DNA of 64,000 bases from Macrostomum lignano (taxonomy: Eukaryota): assembly GCA_002269645.1 (NCBI GenBank), contig NIVC01001710.1, positions 62,001-126,000 on the forward strand. Direction: 5' to 3'. The stretch's first letter is position 1. The number at the start of each line of letters is the position of its first letter. Made by a program: the position numbers and the translations under genes. This document shows, in pieces, positions 1-28,465 of the stretch. Under the pieces are notes generated by a model. That model was given only the letters and a program-made list of their open reading frames with translations. It made no database searches and was not told the DNA's origin.

Positions 1-720
1 CACTGAGCCTGGAAGCGGCAGTCTGCAGCGGCCGCAGCCACCAATGCAGCAGACATCGAGCTTTGCCTACCCGTTTAAGCGCTATTCTAACATGATGTTC
101 GAAGGCGGCAATGGAGATGTAAGTATACATTGTTGAGCAGGGTTTATTAACACATAAAGCCTAAGTGTACGCGTCAACCATAAACGTTAGGCCTACATTA
201 CGTCTTCTGTCGTGTGGTTGTGGCGCACGGTTAACAGTGTTCTATAAGTAGAGAATAAAGCATGCACTTTGGTTATAGAAAATTTCCTAGATCATGCTTG
301 GGCGCAACCTTGGGAGATTCACTCGGCCGTTTCTATTGGCAACACACACATGTAAGTCGCTATTGGACGGAAAAGTAGTCACGTGACTGCTCTCAGCCAA
401 TAGCGACTTACATGTGTGTGTTGCCAATAGAAACGGCCGGGTGATTCCCAAAGTTGCACATGTATATCCTAGATAGAAGAAATACTCGTATATTTGAGTT
501 GCTAAGAAATAAGGGCCCAGAGCAGCTCAGCGGTAAACGCGTCTGGCTCTCGCACCATTGTCCCCGAGTTCGAGTCCTGGTGCGACCATATTAATTTGGG
601 GTTTGTGTGCACGAAGATTGGCCGGGGGCGGTTGCGTACCATTCTCACCGATGCACAGAGAGTGTACATGCCCTCTATATTTTATTCTCGCACACACCGC
701 TCCAGGAGAATTTCTACTAG
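1..720 (+). CDS. 3' end of an upstream gene: partial exon (2-118) plus a putative 15-nt terminal exon (706-720)
   Basis: Frame open from base 2 to 118 (TEPGSGSLQRPQPPMQQTSSFAYPFKRYSNMMFEGGNGD), ending at a strong phase-0 donor GAT|GTAAGT. A pyrimidine-rich acceptor (…cacaccgctccag|) at 705 gives in-phase ENFY*. Product not recognised. Confidence 0.4.
304..458. mobile_element. Palindromic (foldback/MITE-like) element, copy 1
   Basis: Perfect 43-bp inverted repeat 324-366 / 397-439 (cggccgtttctattggcaacacacacatgtaagtcgctattgg), extending imperfectly to about 304/458. The 30-nt spacer contains AGTCACGTGACT. Confidence 0.7.
514..672 (+). mobile_element. tRNA-derived SINE, family A (internally deleted copy)
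   Basis: Pol III A-box-like (agctcagcggt) and B-box (gagttcgagtcc) head. Body aligns by eye with 4348-4588 (attaatttg…tgtgcac…attggccgg…gcacagag…acatgcc). Confidence 0.7.
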
Positions 721-3257
721 TTCTGATCGATGAACGAACGCCGTCGTGGAGAGTTACAAGTTAAAATGCACTGCCTGTGCGAGCTGCGAGCTGTATTCAC
801 TGTATTCATAATTGCGTCACAAATATTAATTTCACTGTGAGAATTTTATTTTTATTTGTACACCTGAGCATCTCATGACATTTTTCAGTGCTATAATTAT
901 TGATAGAAACGATAGGGATGCATGATTAAACGTGTACAGATGTATCATTCGCTTTTTTCTCTGTGCGAAATGTTACTGTCTGTGCATATCGATTAGTCTT
1001 GTAAATCAATTTGATGGATTGCCTGGAAAGTACAGCCTTTTAATTGACAGTGTACGATCAGTGTATCATTTATGTTAAGCTTAATTGCTTTGAAATTTTG
1101 CATCAAGATCAATATTTTTTCATGGTTTATTTTATCAAACAGACCTTATGTTATATTCGGTCGTTTACACAGCATATAAAAATGCTGTGTGTGAATTACT
1201 CGTTACATGTACGAGCTAATTTCAATTAAACCCCTCACACTCATACTTTGGTGTGCTTAAATATCTTCGTCAGAAGTATGTCGTGTAAACATGAAGATAT
1301 ATTAGCATTAGGTAATGTATCTAGCGAACAGTATAGAGATCACCTGGTATACCAGTGCCAAGATTACAAAAGCAGATAAAATAATGCCGTCCGCTCGCAA
1401 ATCTGCTGGCTTAATTTATGAATTAATTTTACACGATACAAGGAATTTCGCAAAAAACTAATGATAGTCGTGGCTGTTATAGAAATCGAAAAATATAAAG
1501 TATATATCTTTCTGGTACAATATCTGGCATGTAAGATCTTCAAAATTGTGCAGCTTTTATGCATGCCATTTAATTAGAAGTATATTAATGATGATATATA
1601 GCTACGTGCATAACATAGAACTTCAGATTATACAAATTGCGTGTAATACAATGACGATCAAAGCGCAAGCATCACGATTGACTTTCGTCGTCTCATAATC
1701 TCATACGTGTAGTATGGTCAGATCTGCACTTTTACGAGCGTACACATGCATGGATAATTAATGTACACACATGTACCTCTGTGTATACGCAGGTTTAATT
1801 TTTATAGTACGCAAACTTTATTATTTTTCATTTCATTAGTCATTAGAGTATTACAGTTTTTGAAAAAAATTAAAACATTATTTTAATTACACAGGACATA
1901 AGGGACATTTTAATGACATAGTTAGTCGCACCTACGCTACATATATGTACATGTACTTTGCTCTGAATTTCTAGTATAAAGTGTACTAACAGCGCTGTCG
2001 TGTATTAAAATTTTGAAACAAAGGTAAATCGCATTGTAACTCTAAATTAATATTAAAATGCACCGTACTTTTGGCATTGATAGTAAAGACAAATCACGAA
2101 TATTTTTTTATTTTCGCGCTCTGCTATCAAGTGCAGTAAAAGATTACACCAGACATTATCTTGCATATTTCACATTATACTTTTTAAATTTTAATAAAAT
2201 AAATAATCCTTTCAATAAAAATTTGCATTGTTTGTTATATTGCGTACTATCGCGCTAAATTACAAATGGATAAACAATAGAAACAAAACGATAAGTTTAT
2301 AAAATTTCCGCTTAGATTTCGTGGTCTAGTTTTTGTACGATTTTTAGCCGAATTAATTGGTAATAAAGTTAAATTAATAATGACTCACATTGCCACTGGT
2401 TAGATCAAAGAATTTTTAGCTCAAATTCTGAAATATTTTCCTCTATTACTGCTTTAGTAGGATTGAGCTTCTGGCTTTATTTAACTTTAGGGGGGTTTCT
2501 CTTCTTATTTTTGTAAATTTTGCTTTTCTTGCTTTGTTGTTGAAGCAAATGACATGGAGTAAAATTAACATTGTAACCAAAAATTTTTACTTGAATTGAA
2601 TTTAGATCTTTTTTAGTCTTTTAGTCTTTTAGTCTTTAGTCTTTTCTAAGTGAAAATGCATTGTATTAAAATTAAAATTGCATTAGAAAAAATAAAACAA
2701 AAATATAGAACTTGGGTACTCTTTTTTATATTGTATTACAAAAATTTTTTCAAAAAACATCTGTTAATTTGTCCAAATAGCTTTCTATATACTAAAAATG
2801 GTCTGTCAGTAGGTATATGTGTGTGTGAGTCTGTCTATATATTGATTAATAAAATGATATTGCTATATAAATAGCTTGTTATGAATTATTATCAATAGTA
2901 GGTAATAAATTGTTTTTAAAAAGTATTAACTTTTGAAAAAAGTATTCATACATATCTTTAAAGTCTTTTTATATCTTTATATCTCTTCTAAACAAATAGA
3001 AGTTTTATTAAAGATATTTTTGTTTAATAATGGACTAAAGAAAAATATTCATTGCCAATGCATTATAATTTCTTATCAATTTTTTACTTAGAAAGCCAAA
3101 TTTATGTTTAAAAAGATTATTTATTTGTTTTTTATACTTGAGTCTTATCAAAATTTAGCTGTCTTTATCCAGACAAAACTTTGCCCATCTATTTGATGCA
3201 ATCATAAACGCAAATACTCAATTTGTTTTTATATAAGAAGTTCCTAGACCAATTAAA

Positions 3258-19776
<16,519 letters not shown>

Positions 19777-19946
19777 GAAATTCAATCAACTTTTGAGTTG
19801 TAGAAGTTATTTACTTTTTCAAATATAGGCTTTGATTAATTTTTTATTTCCTTTTGATCGTCGATTGGAACTAAATTCATTTTCTTCTATTTTTCCTCTT
19901 TGTTGACCGGTATTATCGACCGGAGTGGTGAGGGCTTTGTATCGTT

Positions 19947-20410
19947 TAGGCGCAGTGGGGTGGTAGGTGCTTTATATGGCTCAGGCGTAGTGGGGTGGTG
20001 GGTGCTTTATATGGCTCAGGCGTAGTGGGGTGGTGGGTGCTTTATATGGCTCAGGCGTAGTGGGGTGGTGGGTGCTTTATATGGCTCAGGCGCAGTGGGG
20101 TGGTGGGTGCTTTATATGGCTCAGGCGCAGTGGGGTGGTGGGTGCTTTATATGGCTCAGGCGCAGTGGGGTGGTGGATGCTTCATATGGCTCAGGCGCAG
20201 TGGGGTGGTGGATGCTTTATATGGCTCAGGCGCAGTGGGGTGGTGGATGCTTTATATGGCCCAGGCGCAGTGGGGTGGTGGATGCTTTATATGGCTCAGG
20301 CGCAGTGGGGTGGTCGATGCTTTATATGGCTCAGGCGTAGTGGGGTGGTGGGTGTTTTATATGACTTAGGCGCAGTGGAGTGGTCGATGCTTTATATGGC
20401 TCAGTCCCAG
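19947..20410. repeat. 35-bp G-rich minisatellite downstream of the SLC4 stop codon
   Basis: Unit ggcgcagtggggtggtgggtgctttatatggctca. Confidence 0.95.
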
Positions 20411-21927
20411 TGGTGTTGCTACGGTCAGGTCACTTTTTAATGAGGCGCTTTTTGATGGGGAACTAACAATCCAAATGCCCAACTTACACCAGAATTTTAA
20501 ATTTTAAAACGATTTGTTCTTTTCTAATTGATCATATTAGTTAGCTAGGCTCGGGCTGTCCGTCAGCTACAGTTCCGTGTTTTTATGCTTTTTTATGGAC
20601 TTTGGTCGTGTCCTTTGCAATATTTTGCTGTAATCTTTTTTTTACAATTTTTGTGGGTTTTACTTTCATGCAGCTCAGTCCACTATTTTTCGTTAGTAGA
20701 GACGGGCATTTTTAAAAGCGGATATATTATTCTATTTCACTTTTTTGTTTAGACAGTGTATCACCTGTTATTACTAATATTGCACCCACATTGGCTCGCG
20801 TTCGTGTCAGCCCCTCGCACCCGAGCGTATTGGCTGCAGCGAGTGATTTTGGTACTTATAAGAACTTGCGCGCTTGTGATTAACTCCAGCTGATTCTTGC
20901 AATACCAATTTATTTTATTCTAGTTTGTTGTAAGCCATCGATATTTTATGTCGATGATGAATATTTTTTCCTTTTCTGCAGCTGTCCATGCGCAGAGAAT
21001 GCATCCTATCTTTGTGATTGATCTATTGATTGTTATAGATAGTAACATCTAGTCAAGCCCATTCGCATTATTGCGGGCACCAGTTTTTTTGCACTATAAA
21101 AACTCGATTTTATCTTTTGAATTTCAATTTCTGCAAGCCAGAAAATTCCGAAGCACTATATACAAATCCGTGACCAGTTCTCCTCTCCGTTTTTTTACGC
21201 GGGCACCCGTTCTACTACCAGTAAGTAGTACGAATGCATTTTCTGTGCCATCATTCATTTAATTGAAAGTAGCATATTATCATTAACCTGTCTCTATCTC
21301 TCTCTGTGTTTATCTGTCTAGCTCAGCATTCGTTCCGAAAATAGCGCAAAACTGTATTCAGACACGCGTTGGTTTATTCCTCCTTCGACACAGAATTCCC
21401 TATAGCCTGCTTGTTTTTCTCCCATTAAGTAACCGTTTTAAATAGTTATCTTGCCAGTCACACCACTACTGCACTGATTTTCATGCGATGTTTAGTTTTA
21501 TTTATGACAGTAGTAAATTACTACATGATGAATAGCGTCATTATTGTAGTATACATCTTGGAATTATAGCTAGCTTATTAGATACTAAAGAGCTCAAATT
21601 AATCATTATACGAGTATTAAGGGCTTTTAATTGTTCAAAAAATTCTCAATGTTCATGTACTTGGCGAAAAAACTGCTTCATTTATTATGGTTCCTGTCAT
21701 TTAACGCGTTTTATCACCATGCTGAGCTGAGGAAAAATACCAAGGAATCAATCCCACCTCCTTTGACATGTTTGTTATTGCGCCCAAAATCGAGGAGCCA
21801 CAGGCCACAGGCTCCGCGATATATGTCTTATTAACATCGTTTTAACATCCTGAGGACCTTGAAAATCTCAGATGCCATCATATCTTACTAGATGGGCGGA
21901 CAAAAATCGGCGCACATTGCGTATAAG

Positions 21928-22259
21928 CTACTTTCAGTTCAGTAGAAAGTAAAATACAAAGCATTTTAATGTATTTTATGACAGGACTTGTTTATTGGCC
22001 CCCCTTCTTTAGCCTCGTAACCCCCCGCGCCTTTACCCACCAAACCTCTACCCCCCCCCGGCCCGCCGCCCAATTTTTACTTGTCTTTCTCGCAGTTCCA
22101 ACCTAAAGCTGCCTGCCATGTACATTCTCAGCGGTGCTGGTTAATGTACATTAACGGCTGCGCCAATAGCAAGCCGTTTACCGGCTGGAAGTCACTCCAG
22201 CTGCCGTTCTTTTTATAAAATAGCTTACATATGCTTCCTTACTACTGAACTGAAAGTAG
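21928..22259. mobile_element. Candidate 332-bp MITE
   Basis: Perfect 18-bp inverted repeats ctactttcagttcagtag (21928-21945) / ctactgaactgaaagtag (22242-22259). No target-site duplication seen. Confidence 0.45.
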
Positions 22260-24053
22260 ACAAACAATCGGCCAAGCCGATATAACTGACCTAGCCTGTC
22301 ATCTAGCCAATACTACAGTACATGTCCTGTGTGTCCGCAGTGATACATTTGGGTGTAACAAAACATGTCGATGGGTGATTCGCATTCCTAAACACTGATA
22401 ATCTATTAATCTGTCCCTCTGTACATATTTTTTTCTCTACCTCTGCCAGGCTTCATCATTAATTGTTAATTACATCCGTTCAAACTAGATCCAAGCACTA
22501 TGTGAAGGAGCCTTGATAACTGCTCCTAGTGCTCCATGCTATATACATCAAAGGGTCAATTTTTTATCCCAATGCTTGTTAACTGGCTCCTCAAATCTTA
22601 TTTTAATCTGTAGAATTCTTACACTAAAATTCGGACTGGAAATGAATAAAAATAAAAATATCTATATGGCATCTTTGTGTCGCTTATTAGCGTGTAGAGT
22701 AGTGAATTTAACAAAACGAGTTTGAAATTTTATTTTTGTTAAAATATTATCTTTTATGGAATACGAGTACGCACGGTACCTGAGCTCGATTCCACGTTCG
22801 GCCAGATGCATGAAACTGGGGTATTTTGTGTTCGAAAATTAACCTGTTCTGAGGCTTGTTGGTCGGGCAATTCGGGCCCACGAGAGGAGCGTCTCATAAG
22901 ATTAGAATTTGAAAGCGCCTACTTTAAGTAGTAGTTTAGACGTTCGTGCACTTTAGGGTTTGCAAAGCTGGGCGTAACTCAACTACTTGGCCTCGCCTAA
23001 AAGTAGATGAAAATCAATCAAAGCAAAAATTAAAACTAACCATTAACTAATTATAGTAGGGTGGCAGCAAAATAGTTGAATAAAATAGTTTATTTTATCA
23101 CACAGTACAGCAGTAGTTTCCTTATACCAAAAACAATACAGCTCGAAAACAAACCAAATAGAATGGTAATTATTTTTACTCGCGCAACTCTCGGGCTTAA
23201 AAGTACTTAGCTAGACATTTTCGGCACCAAATTGAAAACAAGGTGGCTTTTTTAAACGATTTTTTGGAGAAATAGAGACAATTTTAAAAATAAAAACAAT
23301 TGTAATGGAAAAAAACAGCCAGAATTAAGTAGACAAAGGTGCAACCGGCCGAAATCCTCTATATTGAGTTGCTTTAGTCTACCGGTAAAATAGTCATAAA
23401 TTAATAATTGGAATGAGTACACTCAAGAATAAAAAGGCCCTATTTAATCTAACCAGCGCATAAATTACAGCGAGCGCATTGAATTGAAGATGATATGTTT
23501 TTGAATAGGGGAAAAACATGATGACGCAGGAGGCGGGGAGAATCATCGCAGTAAATATTGACAGAGTAAGGGCTTCGAAAACAAATCCTACGAGTGTAGT
23601 CCAGTGCGTTGTCAAAGCTTGCACGCAAAAGCGGTTGGTTAATTAATTTGAACTCGCAAGCGATTCGATCCTCGGCTGAAGACGATTCGAAAATTAGAAT
23701 GACTGCCGCTCACATGCGCTGGCAAAGGATTACGACTCAAGGCTGAGTCGTGAACAGGTTGTCGGGGCTTCCCTAAGATCTCATACATAAAAATAATTTG
23801 GGATTTTTATTAGAAGCTGAGCAATCGCTGTGAGGTGTGGCCAGCGTTTAAGAAGTTCTTGGACCGAGCGACTCTTGCAGCCTACGAGTAATGTACTTAC
23901 TAGTAAGTACTAGTAGAGTTCTAAACACTGACTCAATACTAACGCCCACGCGCACATCAAGCAATAAAAATGGAGGTTCTAAATTACTGAAATAGTACAA
24001 TTTTGAGCATTTCTTTCTCAAAACCGTCATCAAGGCTTATATTTAGCTCGGGC

Positions 24054-25931
24054 TTATTTAGCGTTCGGGTAGACGCCGTTCTCCCTGCCGCTAGCTGCCA
24101 CCGGCTGAATAGTGTACAACTGCGGCTGATGGCGCGTCTGTACAACCTTGCGCCTGGCTGAGCCGACCGGCACCAGCCTCACCAGCTGCTGCTGCTGCTG
24201 CTGCGGGCTTGGCGCACCAGCGTATACCACCCGCTGCTGCTGGCCGCCGGACATGTAGGTGACCCTCGGCCGTTCGTTCGGACTGTCCAGCGAGTCCCGG
24301 TAAATCACGGTTGATGTCCGGAAGGACCGATCAGCATTCGGCGAGGAGCGCAGGTGGACGCTTTGACCGTCCGACGGGCTGTCCGAACGGCCGCTGCTAA
24401 AGCTGGTGACCACGCAGCGACTGGCGCTGGTCTGCTTGGCGCTGCCGGAGTTCGAGCTGCTGCTGGCTGTCACCTGCATTTTAGTTTGATTAATGCAAAA
24501 CTGTCTTATCATTGATGTTTATGTAAGGCCTACCATAGCGATTATCATTACCAGAGCCATGATGATTTTGAGACTCGGACTCAATCAGTATAGGCCAACA
24601 ATGAGTATTTAAGCCTACATCATCTTTTTTACTACTCATACGTCAGTCTCAATTCAATTCATTCAACTCTCAATTCAGCTAGTAGCTCAGGTGCTGCTCA
24701 CCAGCAAGCTCTGCGGTCGTCTCAAACGAACATTGTCCGCGCTCTCGTTCAGCTGAATCGGCGGCCCGTCTGGCGTGTCGAACACGGCGTGGGTGCCCTC
24801 GGTGTCCACTTCGTCGTAGTTGAGAATGACGGTCTCGATCGGGCCGTTTGACGACCGCTTGCTGGTGGTTTCGCTTACTGCGTGACCGTTGGAGCGCTGC
24901 TGCAGCAACGCCTCCATGCGCTGCTGCCGCTCCGAAGACTCAGTCACGACTGTCTCATTGGCGGGACCCTCCAGTGAGCGCACTTCCTCGCCGAACACGA
25001 TGCTGGTGCGGAAGTCTTCTTCGTCCTCGACAGTAACGATTTTCGTCTCCGAGTTCGACGGCGCCAGCGGCGAGTGGACAACGGCGGTGACCGCGGCACT
25101 CGACGGCGGCTGCGTGATGTCGGTGGCGAACGGTCGCTTCTCGAAAAGCTCAACTCTGCCGCCGTCACCGCTGTTGCCGCTGCTGCTGGCAACCACAACC
25201 GACACGTCTTCTGGCTGAGTGACACTCTTCGAAGTCGTAGTTGTGGCGGTGATCTTCGCGCTGGTTGACGGTGACGCCTCAGTCGCAGTGCTCTCCTCCA
25301 GTGCTTCGTCTTTGACCTCCGTAACTATAACAGCCGGCGGTGGCTGCTGCAGCTTCGGCTGCTGTCGCTGCTGCTGGACCGGCGCCTCTGAGCGGCTCAG
25401 GGAGCTGGCCGGATGGCTGGGCGTGGCGGCGCCGCTGCCCTTGGCCATGAGGTGGCGCTGGCGGTCGATGACGTTGCAAACAGCTTCCAGAGCGGCGACG
25501 TCTTTGAACTGCAGTACCGTCACGTTGGATTTATTCCCAAGTTTGTTGCACAGAGCCAGCAGGGTTGGCGTCTCCCGCAGTGAGATGAAGGCCGAGACGC
25601 TGATGTATGGGATAAACTCGGCGGCCAGAGTGGCCAGGACGCCTTTGTCGCCAATGCGCAGGCCTTCATTGTACAGCTTGACGGAGGTTTGCACATTGTG
25701 CTTGCCGTCCAACGCTCTGTGAATGACCTGCTCCGCCTTGTCAACGTTGAACACCTCCTCCGGGCGCAGGGTGAGTCGGCCCCAAACTTTTACACGGGCG
25801 CGCAGAATCTTCTTCCGCTCGACGGTTGAGCTGGCCTGCGAGGACGACATCTGGCTTTTCGATTTGCTTTCGCTAGCCAAAGCCGGGCGGGGAGTCTCTG
25901 AACCTGCCTGCCTGAGGCTCTGGCTCTCCAT
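24054..25931 (-). CDS. Uncharacterised 549-aa protein: N-terminal globular (possibly PH/PTB-like) domain plus long low-complexity tail
   Basis: Exons 25931-24702 and 24473-24054, joined in phase 0 (CTG|gtgagc … aaatgcag|GTG). Long GC-rich frame free of tandem repeats. An additional upstream exon cannot be excluded. Confidence 0.8.
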
Positions 25932-26382
25932 CTATCTATCTTTCTGAGCAGCTGCCCCCCCCCCCCGAAACCAACTCTGAGTTCGGGCGGCTGCAGCGGG
26001 CGAATGGGTGGGCCCGAGAGGGCAGCACTGCCTGCGCGGTGGGCTCACCACGCCTTCCTGTCCACTGCGTTTAAATTTTCTATTGTGCTGCGCTCGGCAA
26101 TAGCGCTGGGCGTAGCTGCATCTGCTAGAGTGGAGGCTGGGGTGGAGGGCGTGTCACAATACCAAGGCGGGCCGCCGCAATCCTGCGACTAAAATGGATG
26201 GCGAAGGAAGAGCTCAGCTGTCCCAGCTTATTATCGAAGAGGGGGAGGTGCGGGTGGATTCGTTGGGCACAGAAAAATGAAGCCTGCAGCTGAGGCAGCT
26301 TCACCCACGCATTGAAATATGCTTGCATGCGGCCGGGCTGTGCCGTGCGAAGAGAGTGTGCTCAGGCCATGGAATAGCCGGC

Positions 26383-26869
<487 letters not shown>

Positions 26870-27661
26870 TTAGATATCTCAACAAACTCCTGCCACTAAG
26901 TAGTCTGCGCCACCCCAGGCATTGTCAAATTGAAAGGAGGGTAGTGAGATAGAAAACTTTCAAAATGCGCATTGACTGTCTTTTATGGAGCTGGGCAACT
27001 TTGCCTGTTCAATTTTGTTGAGAAAGTACCGCCAGCACTGCGAGGGCACAAGTATTTTAGCTGTGCATCATTACCCCAAGTCCATAAATTCATTTTTGAC
27101 TGAGTTTTATGTCAGGCGACGCTTAGGGGAGTTGGATGCTGGAGCCAGATGTCACGTGACTGTATCAGATCAGAAAGACGATTTGTACTTTCATTCTTAA
27201 CTCGAAAGCTTTATAGCCTGCTTTATACTTAAAGTAATTGAATACTTATTATTCTAATGCTAACAGCAGAGGTTGAGACAGTAAATATTACACAGCGGCT
27301 GGTCGTACATGAATAATGAATGTTGGTGTACGGTTTAAAATGTTGCCTTCTTAGCCGTCCTGCTACCTGCCGGCTCGAAAAGCTTGCGAAACAGAAGCCA
27401 CAGCTTGAGTTCTGCTTCAGCTTCACCTTTCGTGGTTTGAAAAATATAAAAATAATAATAAATGGTTTTGAGCTGTTTGGAGAGCTCGCCTTAGCTAATA
27501 AAAAAGTCCAACCAGCCCCAACTATTTCAAGCGGTCTTTTGTTCTTCAAGCTGCATGCCTTCTCTTGCACCGTCGCATTTGACAGGACAGAGAAAGGAGA
27601 AACACGAGAGAGAGGGGGGGAGAAAATGAAGTTTTAGCCTTTGCCAGAAAGTTTTTGCCAC

Positions 27662-27663
<2 letters not shown>

Positions 27664-27720
<57 letters not shown>
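27664..27720. repeat. (GA)n microsatellite
   Basis: Seen directly. Confidence 0.95.
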
Positions 27721-27721
<1 letters not shown>

Positions 27722-28229
27722 CAAGAAGAGAAGTAAAACTATAACAACGCATATTGCTCTGTCAATGTGCAGTTTCAAAAAAATATGCCAAAAGCGAAAA
27801 ATTGCCATTTTATCCATCCTAGAAGCGTATCAGGGTGAATAGGTGTGTGTATTCGTGAACGATTTAGTGGGCGCAGCCCGCAGGACAAAAACTTAAACAA
27901 ATAGGTGATGTCATATACATATATAATAGAGTATTTACTGTTCTTTAAGATTACAAGCACTGTTACTTTAGTTTCCCTTCTAGGATCGTCAATAGTTGCT
28001 CAATGGAACGCCATTCAGTCTCGAATAAGTCGATGCATACACACTGCTACACATGGACACTGCTACACACACGTTAATAATAATATTAATAATATTTACA
28101 AGAGGGCTGCGGGCACCCTCGCGCAATGCCTTTGGCAAAATCGTCAAACAACCAGCGCTGACGGCAATTCTGCCCATTCCGCTGGCTCCTGAGCACAATA
28201 CAAGCGCGCCAATACTGTACGCAGGCACA

Positions 28230-28350
28230 GCACTCATGCACACGCTCACACAGGGTGTACAGCGGTCCTGACTGTCTAATCACCAGGCATGTACACTCTG
28301 TGCGCCTTGGGGGCTGGTCCTCATGGCTGTGAAGCGCACGACAACCTTCC
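28230..28350 (-). mobile_element. SINE family A, 3' fragment
   Basis: Reverse complement (ggttgtcgtgcg…catgaggg…ccccaagg…cacagag…catgcctg…gattaga.agtcagg.ccgctgtacaccctgtg.gcgtgtgc) matches 4470-4580. Confidence 0.75.
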
Positions 28351-28465
28351 GGACGAACTTCGTGCACACACGAGCCCCAACACGAGCGCACTTGTACTTT
28401 CTTCAGTCAAAGTGCGGTCGACGGCACAGTCAATTGTCAAAACAATTGTCGACAGAAATCGGCAC

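Noticed and set aside
520-590. tRNA genes at 520-590, 4350-4420, 52720-52790 and 58486-58555
   Set aside because: A/B boxes are present, but I could not fold complete cloverleafs and each continues into a shared SINE body.
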